Origin: Octopus sinensis
Lineage: Eukaryota
Length of the DNA stretch: 21,453 bases
Assembly (NCBI RefSeq): GCF_006345805.1
Contig: NW_021823737.1
Location: 1 to 21,453 of the forward strand
Direction: 5' to 3'
The notes beneath the pieces are model-generated. The model saw nothing but the letters and a program-made list of their open reading frames with translations. It did no database searches and was not told the DNA's origin. This document shows, in pieces, positions 10,315-19,963 of the stretch. Each line of letters starts with the position of its first letter. Position 1 is the first letter of the stretch. Made by a program: the position numbers and the translations under genes.

Positions 10315-10907
10315 AACCAAAAGAGGTATAAGGACTTGCTGAAGGCTTCCTTACGAGATGCTTGCATCTCTCCTGACACATGGGAGGGCATAGCTATTGA
10401 TCGTAGCAGGTGGAGAAGGATTGTGCATGAGGGGACAGCAACTTTTGAGAAATCTCGAGTTGCACATGAGAAAGTAAGGAGGGATGTCAGGAAGGGCATC
10501 ACTGTTACACTTCCAGATGGGGAGGGTCTTCATATGATGCTGACATGCAGTGTCTGTGCAAGATACTGCCTCAGTAAAGCTGGACTCAAGAGTCATCTTC
10601 GTAGTCATAAGGCGAGACAGATGAGTGACAACCTGGCCACTGGTGGTGGTGTAACACACCATACTAATCATATCTGTCAGGCATGTGGAAGAGAGTGTAA
10701 TTCGGCAGGAGGACTTAAACGACTTGCAAAGGTACATGAAGCCCAGTTACAACTACAGCTGGCTATTACCGGTAAAGGTTTTAGTTGCCAATTCTGTATA
10801 AGACATTGTAGATCTTTAGCTGGGCTAAAAAGTCACATTCGATCGCGGCACCAGTAACAGTTAAGCTTCGTGCAATGGCCATACTCGATAACGAGGGGGC
10901 AGCCATA
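10315..10907 (+). mobile_element. 5'-truncated RTE/BovB-like LINE: ORF C-terminus with three C2H2-type fingers plus short 3' UTR
   Basis: Stop-free frame to TAA at 10855-10857: QKRYKDLLKASL..I.PDTWEGIAIDRSRWRRIVHEG..FEKSR..EKVRRDVRK, the typical RTE post-RT segment. Fingers at 10546-10608, 10675-10737 and 10786-10851. 3' UTR atggccatactcgataacgagggggcagcc resembles RTE-BovB ends. Confidence 0.85.
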
Positions 10908-10962
10908 ATGTATGTATGTATGTATGTATGTATGTATGTATGTATGTATGTATGTATGTATA
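10908..10962. repeat. (ATGT)13ATA, right flank, followed by inverted-sense (CATA)n
   Basis: Counted directly; same unit number and terminal ATA as the left flank. Confidence 0.95.
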
Positions 10963-11376
10963 CATACAAACATACATACATAGACACACACACACATTCA
11001 TTTATTCGAACAAATCTACCCCAGGACTTATTCTAAACTGGTGTTAGGACTCAATATAGACATGTTTTAGAGAAAAGCGTTAGGAGAATCCAGTGTGGAA
11101 TAAAAAAATTTATATAAATGACTATGAAACAAGAAATTATGAAATGATCTTCAATGGCTCACACTGTTTCTGCTATAAGATGCTCAAAGAGTTGTCGGAG
11201 ATTTGGGAGAGAAAGCAGATCTATGATAAATACTGTAATGTAATATGATAAATTATCTAATGAACTTCTTTAGCTTACGGCTGTTTCTCCTATAAAATGC
11301 AATGCACTCATAATTGAGTGTTGAGTACCACCTTATAGAGTCGTCAAAGCTTCAAAAATGAGGTGCAGTTTTATTT

Positions 11377-11598
11377 GGGAAAGCGCCGCCCCGACTGGCG
11401 TCCGTGCCGGTGGCACGTAAAAAGCACGCACTACACTCACGGAGTGGTTGGCGTTAGGAAGGGCATCCAGCTGTAGAAACACTGTCAGATCAGACTGGAG
11501 CCTGGTGCAGCCTCCTGGCTTCCCAGGCCCCGGTCGAATCGTCCAACCCATGCTAGCATGGAAAACAGACGTTAAACGATGATGATGATGATGATGAT
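11377..11598 (+). mobile_element. Retroposon 3' end (RTE-like 3' UTR or SINE tail) with a (GAT)n tail
   Basis: ...gagtggttggcgttaggaagggcatccagctgtagaaac...catgctagcatggaaaacagacgttaaacgatgatgatgatgatgatgat. A GC-rich block ending in a trinucleotide tail; RTE assignment is from recollection of the family. Confidence 0.7.
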
Positions 11599-11800
11599 TT
11601 ATATATATGGAAAACATCATGAAAATGCAGCATCGAGTTTCAAGGGAAAAAGTTACTCCCAGAAATATGTAGATATAATTTCGCGTATATATGTGTATAA
11701 AGGTGGGCATATACGGCGAACCTTTATAGAAATAACTATTCATACGCATACATAAAATATAGACAGATTTGTATATTAATACAGGTTGTACATATGAATG

Positions 11801-11982
<182 letters not shown>

Positions 11983-11984
11983 CG

Positions 11985-12780
11985 ACATCTCATTTTAACA
12001 GATATATTTACCAAAATTACATAAAAATATCTTGAAATACTAAATAAATTTATTCAGTGAAATCGCCATTGGCTTCAACCATGGCCTCCAAACAACTTCA
12101 GAATCTCCTGCAACTCTTCTGGATGGTCTCCTTGTTTAAGTTGGTGATTGCTGCCATAACCCTTGCCTTCAGTTCATCTTTGGTGTTACAAAGAGTTTTG
12201 TTGGTCTCTCACTCAAATCCGCCCCACACATAATAATCAAGGGGTTTGCAGTCTGGGGAGTTAGGTGGTCAGATATTAGGGGTGATGTGGTCGCAGAAAT
12301 TACCTGACAGCCATAACTGGGTTCTCCTGCTTGTGTGGCATGGTGCAGAGTCCTATTTCCAAACATACGGTCTTCCAGCAGCCACCCTCTTGACCCGGGG
12401 CAGTACTACCTCCTCCAGGCACTTGATGAAGATGAATGGAGGCATAAAGTCGCCACCACACGTGATCACTCTAAACGCCAAGATGTTGATTGGATATTTT
12501 AATTTTCTCACTTTCGGTGCATGTTTTGGGGATATGATAAGCCAACGATTGTTCTGTGTGTTCACCATCTGTTCGTATTTGAGCCTACGGCGCGAATGCT
12601 AAACAGTACAGAATGTCGTTTCCAAATTTCTGGCAGAGTGAATTGCGTCACGCTGGTGTTTTTCTCACAGACGGTGCCCAACTGACCCTACTATACTGTG
12701 TAGTTGACAAAATCAAAAACAAACAATACCCATGTGTGAAATTTAAAATATATAATGGCGACAATTTACCGTCGCAACGT
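11985..12780 (-). mobile_element. Internally deleted Tc1/mariner DD37D (maT-type) transposon relic
   Basis: Minus-strand translation: (V)TQFTLPEIWKRHSVLFSIRA (from 12651) | MVNTQNNRW...PPFIF|IKCLEEVVLP...YVWK*DSAPCHTSRRTQ...I*PPNSPDCKPLDYYVWG...VEANGDFTE* (stop at 12050-12052). There are 37 residues between the D of DSAP and the D of LDY. Element ends are approximate. Confidence 0.85.
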
Positions 12781-13137
12781 GTGTGTGTGTGCGTGTGTGT
12801 GTGTGTGCCTTTTTTACTATCTCGAAGGCGAATATAATTTATAAATAACGATTATAAAATAATACATTTTAAAATACTGTAATAATTGCTTGAAAAACAT
12901 TAGGTTTTAAAAAAGTCCATCGAGGAATAAATGGCAGACGTCCACCAATGGGACTTATTTTTAAATTTCTTGATTCTTCCAAAATTATGATGTCCTGGTT
13001 GGAGTTGGAGGGACACTATCGTGTCTTACTTGAGTTTTAACTGAACCTGAATATAAAAGGCCGAGTATTCCATAGATACAGCTACTAAATCAGAATCAGC
13101 ATGATATACTGTATGACAAAAATGGCACTTTCAAGTA

Positions 13138-13285
13138 CCGACGGGCTTCCATAAAGTTTCCGTTTAAGTAATTTCAGTCGCAACGGTCAAGTCTACTTGA
13201 GATACTGCGTGAGGGAATACGTGCGGCCCAGAGCTAAGAGAATAGGATCGAACCACGTGATTACGAAGCGAACTTCTTCATCTCT
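13138..13285 (-). mobile_element. Decayed family-A SINE 5' part
   Basis: 'acgggcttccataaagtttccgt...gaaccacgtgattacgaagcgaacttctt' aligns to the reverse complement of the family-A head and body. Confidence 0.5.
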
Positions 13286-13404
13286 CTCTGTCTCTCTCCC
13301 TCTTTCCCTCACACACACACCATTTATTCGGTGGAACTGTCTACAAGCACCACCAGATGAAGTAAGGATTATTAGTCTTTGAATAAATAAATATTTTTAT
13401 TTCC

Positions 13405-13860
13405 AAAATTTATGGTAATTCACCAAATTGCTGTTATTGGTTGAAGTTATTGATCTAATGGTGACAGTGTTGTTGTTGTTATTATTGTTAGTGGTGGGGG
13501 AGGGGATGTTGTGATTGTTCTCGGTGGTGGTGGTGGTGGTGTAGAAGTGATGGTTTTTGGTGGTTGTGAGAATGACAATGGTGGTGGTGGTGGTGGTTGT
13601 GTTGTTATTGACGATGATGCTCATGGTGATTCTAGCGACAGTGGTTTGGGTGGTATTGGTGGTGTCTGCTGTGGTGGCGGTGGTGGTGGTGGTGGTGTGT
13701 GTGTGTGTTTATGATATCCGCGGGAGTATTCGTGGGGGTGGAGGTGGAGGTGACCACGTTGGTGTAGGTGGAAGTGGCGGTGTTGTTGGTGGTGGTGGTG
13801 GTGTTGGTGGTGGTGGTGGTGTTGGTGGTGGTGGTAGTATGACGGTGGTGGCGACATCTT
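13405..13860. repeat. (GGT/GTT/GAT)n low-complexity tract
   Basis: Read directly; source of the poly-G, V, P and H ORFs. Confidence 0.9.
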
Positions 13861-14164
13861 TGTTATTTGCCAGTGTTTCATATATCGCTATATCCAGTCG
13901 TCCGTGTGTCTGCCGAAGACGGAAGAAAAGAGGTGAGGTCACCATTGCCAGACATTGATCAAATTGGTTGAAATAAATAGAAAATACAGGCGACAGTCAA
14001 CATTGGAAAATACATCCGTGCGTGAGAGCGTGCATGCTTGTGTGTGTATGTATGTGTGCATGTGTGTATGTGTGTGTGTATATGTGTGTGTGTGCGTGTG
14101 TGTGTGTTTGCGTGCCTGATAGATATAAACAACAGATCTCTTACTGAATGCATCCATATATATT

Positions 14165-14575
14165 AACACAAGGAATTTAGTGGAACCTTCTCATCCAAAC
14201 TTGTACCATGCATTGTTATAGAGGTTGGTCACTTTGCAGATGAGAACATCTTTTCCAGAATCAATGAAAGAAAAAAAAACTATGGACAACTGCTTCGAAG
14301 CCTGCAGCACTTCTACCCTGATTGTAAATTTACATTTATACCAATAACCATTGGTGTGATCAGTTATGTTAGTAAATGTTAGTTATATTAGTAAATGTCA
14401 AAGCCACAACCTGGAGAAGCTAGGATTTTCAAGCAAACAAAGAAACAAGTTGACTCGAAATCTAAAAAGACAATTTGTAAGTGGAACAATAAAAATACCC
14501 AAGACTTTGTGTATTTTCTCATATTTTCTAACATTTCTCATTTTGCTATCCAAATTCCAGTGAGGGAGTGGGAGT
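14165..14575 (+). pseudogene. Decayed 3' fragment (RLE end) of the same LINE family as copies D and E (copy F)
   Basis: EVGHFADENIFSRINERKKNYGQLLRSLQHFYPDCKFTFIPITIG...NLEKLGFS...SGTIKIPK parallels copy D (VELSCPEDVNI..KENAYAELLRNLKLLYPDYKFRFIPVIIG...ITGTVKICK). Contains a ~19-bp tandem duplication at ~14362-14399. Confidence 0.75.
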
Positions 14576-14634
14576 GATTGTTTGTTAGAAACCAGCACCG
14601 TCATTCTAGAAAGGATTCTACTAAATATATAAAG

Positions 14635-14790
14635 TAGGTGTGTAGTAAGACCTTTGCTCCCCCCCCCCACAACTACATGGTTCCAGGTTCATTCCTACTG
14701 CGTGGCAAGTGTCCTCTTCTATAACCCAAGGCCGGCTAAAGCCTTTTTAGTGGATTGTTAGACAGAATCTGAAAGAAGACAGTCGTATAT
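14635..14790 (+). mobile_element. Decayed family-A SINE 5' half
   Basis: gtgtgtagtaag...acatggttccaggttcattcctactgcgtggcaagtgtcc...aaagcc...ctgaaagaagacagtcgtata. Confidence 0.75.
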
Positions 14791-14822
<32 letters not shown>

Positions 14823-15059
14823 CATGCACACACAAATAAACGCATGCAGTTATTTTTGTATGTTGATGAACGCTCAATTTATTAGGATATAAAAACAAAT
14901 ATGTCAATTTTTGCCCTGAAGAAATATCGACCTTCGCTAATTCATAATGCAATTTTAATTGAAATTTGAATGAAGATTGATATGAAAACGATCGGAGACT
15001 TATTTAATTGACAAAATATAATAAATTGATTATGCTCTGATCAAACTTTCCATTTCCTT

Positions 15060-15160
15060 TATGATATATATATGTGTGTGAGTATATATATATATTTATA
15101 TATATATATGTATGTATGTATGTATGTACACATGTATGTATGTACACATGTATGCATGTA

Positions 15161-15207
<47 letters not shown>

Positions 15208-15232
15208 TGAGTGTGTGTGTGCGCGTGTGTGT

Positions 15233-15280
<48 letters not shown>
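15060..15280. repeat. (TA)/(TATG)/(TG)n microsatellite block
   Basis: Read directly. Confidence 0.93.
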
Positions 15281-15282
<2 letters not shown>

Positions 15283-15395
15283 GTACTTGGTTTTGGGGTA
15301 TATGTCTAGTAGTAGGTCGATTACAGCACAGCCACCGTTTGAGCTACCTGATGTCATCCACACTAACGATATAATTTTCACTGGCTCTATGTCAG

Positions 15396-15557
15396 GAACT
15401 CCGCAGTGAAAGGAAACGGAAGATGGATTTACTACGAATCTTTATGCAGCACGACGATCGTTTCGACCCATCCTGCATCAATCCCATACTGGCAGGATAT
15501 TGCGCACCTGGTTGCGTTGCATCAAGTAGTGCAGGCTGTGTCACTTCAGGTGCTTGA
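15396..15557 (+). other. Candidate coding exon or unidentified coding relic (ELRSERKRKMDLLRIFMQHDDRFDPSCINPILAGYCAPGCVASSSAGCVTSGA*)
   Basis: Preceded by a branch-point-like cactaac (15361-15367) and a pyrimidine-leaning tract ending tgtcag. 53 open codons with ordinary amino-acid composition. Not recognised as any family. Confidence 0.25.
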
Positions 15558-15695
15558 TGTAGAAAAGGATATCCCACTAGATATACTAAGATGGCCTTGG
15601 CATATTGTTCTGGCTAGTTGTACATTAGTACACTGACAGAGCGTAGAATAAGTTTGGGGCTTGTACCGTACATGTATATATATATATATATATAT

Positions 15696-15799
15696 AACGG
15701 GAAGCTTTATGAAAATAGACAAAGACGAAGGCAGGTTTACGGAAATAAACAAAAGACGAAGGCACGTGGAATACAAACAAACAATTGTATTAGTATGGC

Positions 15800-15830
<31 letters not shown>

Positions 15831-15879
15831 ATATAATATATATATATATAATATATATATACATACATATACATGTGTA

Positions 15880-15917
<38 letters not shown>

Positions 15918-16090
15918 AGGGGAAAGTTTACGAAAATAAACAAAAGACGAAGCCAGGTGGTGTACAAACAAACAGATGTATTAGTATAGCGCTCAGGAAT
16001 AGAAAAAGTCTTTTACGTTTCGAGCCTACGCTCTTCTACAGAAAGATACACAGAAAAAAAAACAAGAAGAGAAACAAGGAGAGAAAAAAA
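15696..16090 (-). mobile_element. Penelope-like terminal repeat (pLTR) fragments, partially tandem, split by microsatellite
   Basis: Unit gg.a.gtttacg.aaataaacaaaagacgaag.ca.g occurs three times (~15699, ~15733, ~15920). The last copy continues into a hammerhead-type motif, a known hallmark of Penelope-like terminal repeats. Confidence 0.65.
16009..16046 (-). ncRNA. Minimal type-I hammerhead ribozyme motif (core variant CUGUAGA)
   Basis: Minus strand: UCUUU CUGUAGA A GAGC GUAG GCUC GAA AC GU A AAAGA. This gives a 5-bp stem I, core, 4-bp stem II with tetraloop, GAAA, palindromic ACGU stem III and a GUA cleavage triplet. Confidence 0.65.
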
Positions 16091-16124
16091 AGGAGAGAAT
16101 GTATATGTATACATTTATGTGTGG

Positions 16125-16325
16125 GTATGTGTCTTCATGTTTGTGTCTGTCAACTCCCACCACTTGACACCAGTCCCTGTAACTTAGTGGTTCGGCAATG
16201 GATACCAATAGAAAAAGTACCAGGTTTAAAAATAAATAGGGTTCGCCTTGTTCGACTAAATCCTTCAAGGTGTAGTCCCAGCATGGCCGCACTCCAATGA
16301 TTGAAACATGTAAATGACAAAAGAT
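16125..16325 (+). mobile_element. Family-A-related SINE 3' half
   Basis: gtttgtgtctgtc..cccaccacttgacacc...aacttagtggttcggcaa...gataccaatagaaaaagtacc...ccagcatggccgcac..aatgattgaaaca. Confidence 0.75.
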
Positions 16326-16329
16326 ACAT

Positions 16330-16389
<60 letters not shown>

Positions 16390-16484
16390 ATGTGTGATTA
16401 AATTGGAGTCGGTCAAAGCCTGGAGCTGTGTCCCTTTATTATCCGACAAATATAGATATAAAAGATAAGACTGACTGAAATAAT

Positions 16485-16570
16485 ACAAGCATCGATATGA
16501 TCATCTAAACCTCTAAAGGCGGCACCCAACATGGCTGCTGTCCAGTGACTGAAACCAGGAAAAGAAACCG
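16485..16570 (+). mobile_element. Family-A-related SINE tail fragment
   Basis: aaaggcggcacccaacatggctgctgtccagtgactgaaacc matches the family-A tail. Confidence 0.6.
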
Positions 16571-16739
16571 AAGTTCTACTCAGTAGTTTGACCTGTTGGC
16601 CGTAATATGGAGCTGTAATAGAGGCCGGCTGAAATATTACTTCTGATTTAGTTCCTATTATCAGAGCAATCTGTAGGGGAATAATCAACATCTTACATGT
16701 TCTGTTCTGGAGTCAAATTCAAATCACAGTTATTTAAAA

Positions 16740-17100
16740 TGAAGAAGGCGACTACATTTCTTTTCATCTTGAAAATAACGTGGAAACACTTGAGATTTTA
16801 ATTAATGTGGGTCTTATTTATCAACAAACTTCATGTAAAGGCCCCAACACAAATGTAATAAAAACACATATGGTATGGACGCTACTGATCTGATGTGAAC
16901 GCTCACTAATCCGAGGTAATCCGGTGCGATTAGGAATGCTTCTCAGTGGTATTTTTCCCCAAAAAGAAATCGTAGGAGAGGCTCAAAAATATTGCAAGCT
17001 TTTCTTTTGGTGGAGGATAAAGCCACTGCAACCTTTCTGTATTTTCAGCAACGATACCTCAAGATCACAATCCAAATATGAATAAATAATAAAAACGTAA
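16740..17100 (+). mobile_element. Possible decayed Merlin/IS1595-like transposase N-terminus
   Basis: Frame VETLEILINVGLIYQQTSCKGPN...HMVW and later KRNRRRGS are reminiscent of Merlin N-terminal segments. The resemblance is weak and from memory only. Confidence 0.25.
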
Positions 17101-17164
17101 ATAAATCCACTGATTAGATATCCTATTGTGAAGTTCAACATTACATTAGACCCCAGGGTGACAG

Positions 17165-17745
17165 TACTAGTGGTGGTGGTGGTGGTGTTGTGTGTGGGGT
17201 GGTGAGAGTTGGCATTGGTCGACCTCGTCATGGTAGATATAACTCAAAAACCGTTTCGCTATTTGACGGTAGTGATGGTCACGGTACTAGTGTTTAAGGC
17301 GGCGAGCTGGCAGAAACGTTAGCACGCTGGGCGAAATGCTTTGCCGTATTTCGTCTGCCGCTACGTTTTGAGTTCAAATTCCGCCGAGGTCGACTTTGCC
17401 TTTCATCCTTTCGGGATCGATAAATTAAGTAGCAGTTACGCACTGGGGTCGATGTAATCGACTTAATCCCTTTGTCTGCCCTTGTTTGTCCCCTAACCCC
17501 TTGTGGGTAGTAAAGAAATAGGTACAAATGTTTGCAGTCTCTCGCGGTAATCGTGATAATGATGGTTGTGTCAATGATGTCGGTGATGGCTTATTTCGTA
17601 ATGATGGTAGCGATTGTGATGGTTATGATGATTGTAGTGATGGTGGCGGTGGTGGTGTTTCTTTCGTTGTAGATGGTTGCATGGTTGTGGCGATAACTGT
17701 GAAGGTAATATTGCTGCTGGTGGAGATGATGGCTAGAGGGGGGTA
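17165..17745. repeat. (GGT/GAT)n-rich low-complexity tract interrupted by a SINE
   Basis: Read directly. Confidence 0.8.
17296..17524 (+). mobile_element. Family-B SINE (full length)
   Basis: aaggcggcgagctggcagaaacgttagcacg...gagttcaaattcc (B-box-like)...ttgtgggtagtaaagaaataggta. Confidence 0.93.
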
Positions 17746-17797
17746 GGATTTCCGCGTCTCACCAATCCTAATATCAAACGTACAATGAAAGAAACAA

Positions 17798-17852
17798 AAT
17801 AATAATAATAATAATAATATAATAAAATAATAATAATAATAATAATAATAAT
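17798..17852. repeat. (TAA)n tract abutting LINE fragment A
   Basis: Read directly. Confidence 0.95.
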
Positions 17853-18600
17853 GTACAAAATGAAACCATTGATCATGTTGTCTCCATGTGCAGTCTTCTT
17901 GCACCAACAGAGTATCTCAACAGGCAGGATAGAGCAGCACAATATATTCAGTGGGTAATTTGCAAAAACCTGGACCTGCTCCATAGTTTAAGACGGGTGG
18001 AAACACAAACCACCTCCAGTGCTTGAAAATGATCACATCTCACTTCTCTGGAACTTCAGCATTCAAATTGACAGAAAAATAGATTAGATGCGAATAGGCC
18101 AGACATTATATTGAAATACTTCAGACAAAGAACATGCCTCCTCATGTCCCAATCAACATAAATGTATCTGTCAAGACCAACCAAAAACTGAGCAAGTATA
18201 AAGATCTTGAAATAGAAGTTCGCAAAATGTGGAACCTGAAGACTAAAACAATACCTGTTATCATAGGTGCCCTGGGAATGATAGCAAAAGGGGATGATTG
18301 CTACCTAGCTCAGATACCAGGAAACCCCAAAATGGCAGAAATTCAAAAGATGGTGCTCATGGGAACTGCCCATATCCTATGTAAAAAAAACTGTCTCAAA
18401 CTTTAAAGCACTCATAATTTTCTAATGATTTCTTAAATATTCTCTAGAACAATACTATGTACAAAACCAAATATATGGCACCCTAGGCATAACACCAACA
18501 TGAACTTCTAACTTGTTGACTCTTGAGGTCTCTGGGTGAGACTTGGAGTCAACTTGAACAAACACAAAGCGAAAGTCAGACAGACATAAAGTGAGGGGGT
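17853..18600 (+). pseudogene. R4/Dong-like LINE 3' fragment A (CCHC half, RLE, 3' UTR)
   Basis: ETIDHVVSMCSLLAPTEYLNRQDRAAQYIQWVICK...NRPDI...KYKDLEIEVRKMW...IPVIIGALG...IQKMVLMGTAHIL. The 3' boundary is approximate. Confidence 0.88.
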
Positions 18601-18625
18601 TTACATTTAATGAAATTATAAAAAA

Positions 18626-19623
18626 TTTTTTTTTAAATAAAAACATGAAAGAAAAAGAACAAGAATACACGGTATACACAGAAAACGAAGGGACATATGC
18701 ATAGCATAGAAAGGTTTAACAAAACAAGGGAGGATGATGAGAGAGATGTGGCCTTCCTGATACAGGAAAGCCTTTGGGGATAATGCAGGAAACCCCACTG
18801 TCCGAGATTTCCCAGAAACCCTAGGAGCAAATGCCCTCTCCAATTCCTTCTCTCCAACTCACAGGTCTACACTTAGAGATACCGTTTACTCTTGCCATTT
18901 TCTCAACTTTCACCCACCTTTCGATAAACTCACTCGAGGACAGCACTTCTCTCTCTACTCTCAATTTCCTTTACAAATGAAACTTGAAGAAGTCAATGCG
19001 GACCCTATCAAAGAGGAACGTATCTATCGTCATGCCTTTCAGCCTTGTCCACCAAATGACATCTTTCGCCACAGCTTCCAGGCAAAGGAAAACTGCTTTG
19101 CCTGTCCAGTTGAAGGAGGGCGGCGGTGCGATCATCGCTATAGACTCGGCCGACAGAGAGATCCGTCCCATACATGACAGCAGCTGTTCGACATAACCGA
19201 CAAGTTAGCAATGCCCGGACACTGAACGAGGGCGTGCAGAATGGTTTCGTTACTCTGCGCGCACGTCGGACACGCCCGAATGACAGCACATCCGTGCCTG
19301 TAGAGTTTATCCTGTAGCACTGCTAGGCCTGGGCACCTGGATATTATCCATGATAGTTCCCGACTGGAAAGTCCTCCGAAAGAGACTAGCCAGTGCGTTC
19401 TCGTCGGCGCTCAGAGTCTCCCCGAGAACGTCGTCACACTTCTTCGCCACTAATCCTCAATAAATTTCCACCGACGAAATTCTAGGTGCCAGGTGCCCAG
19501 TCTCGGTATTTTCTTCACCCAGGACTGCAGCTCTGTCATGGAGACGAGTTGCGGAAAGACGAACCTCACAAACGGAGCCCGCATACGATCATTGTCCCAA
19601 AATTGTTGCGGGTGGCGTAATCT
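18626..19623 (-). pseudogene. Tx1/L1-clade LINE 3' fragment with zf-RVT-type CCHC, 3' UTR and A-tail
   Basis: Minus strand: PFVRFVFPQL..ELQSWVK..PRLGTWHLE...LFRRTF..MDN...DKLYRHG...CPTCAQSNETILHALVQC...KDVIWWTR...FFKFHL..KLRVERE..S.SEFIERW. Pyrimidine-rich UTR and a poly(A) at 18626-18634. Confidence 0.8.
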
Positions 19624-19937
19624 AAGATAATAGATGTTGCAATACCTGGAGATTCAGGGGTGAAAAGTAAGGAAACAGAAAAGATTGAGAAATACCAACC
19701 ACTGCGGGATGAGATAGGAAAGTTAAGGGACACGAGGAAAGTAATGGTGATACTGGCGATAATTGGAGCATAAGGAGCAGCTTCCAAGAGCTTTGAAAAA
19801 CATATGAAGATTATTGGAGCTGCTGTCAGGTTCGAAGTGATCCAGAACACAGCATTGTTGGGTACAGCTTGCATTCTAAGGAGAGTATTGAAACCTTTGG
19901 TGATTTGTTATTGCCTGCTTTCAAGTAAAGAATAACC
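19624..19937 (+). pseudogene. R4/Dong-like LINE 3' fragment B (RLE end)
   Basis: KIIDVAIPGDSGVKSKETEKIEKYQPLRDEI...IIGA*G...IQNTALLGTACILRRVL. The 3' UTR is interrupted by a SINE and resumes at 20210-20223 before (TAA)n. Confidence 0.88.
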
Positions 19938-19963
19938 GGTAATTAAGAACTATCGAGCTGGCT

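Noticed and set aside
10546-10857. Host C2H2 zinc-finger gene
   Set aside because: The fingers are in frame with an RTE post-RT segment, lack TGEKP linkers, and are followed by an RTE-type 3' UTR; treated as element-encoded.
13397-13958. Gly-, Val-, Pro- and His-rich ORFs on both strands
   Set aside because: (GGT)n low-complexity DNA is open in most frames; there is no non-repetitive coding context.
17283-17533. Possible TSD ggtactagtgttt / ggtacaaatgttt around the SINE at 17296
   Set aside because: Only 11 of 13 bases match and the right copy overlaps the SINE tail; not convincing.
19329-19500. Perfect 12-bp inverted repeat (ctgggcacctgg / ccaggtgcccag) in the Tx1 fragment
   Set aside because: Both arms lie within the continuous Tx1 coding relic; no TSD or element boundary, so probably chance.
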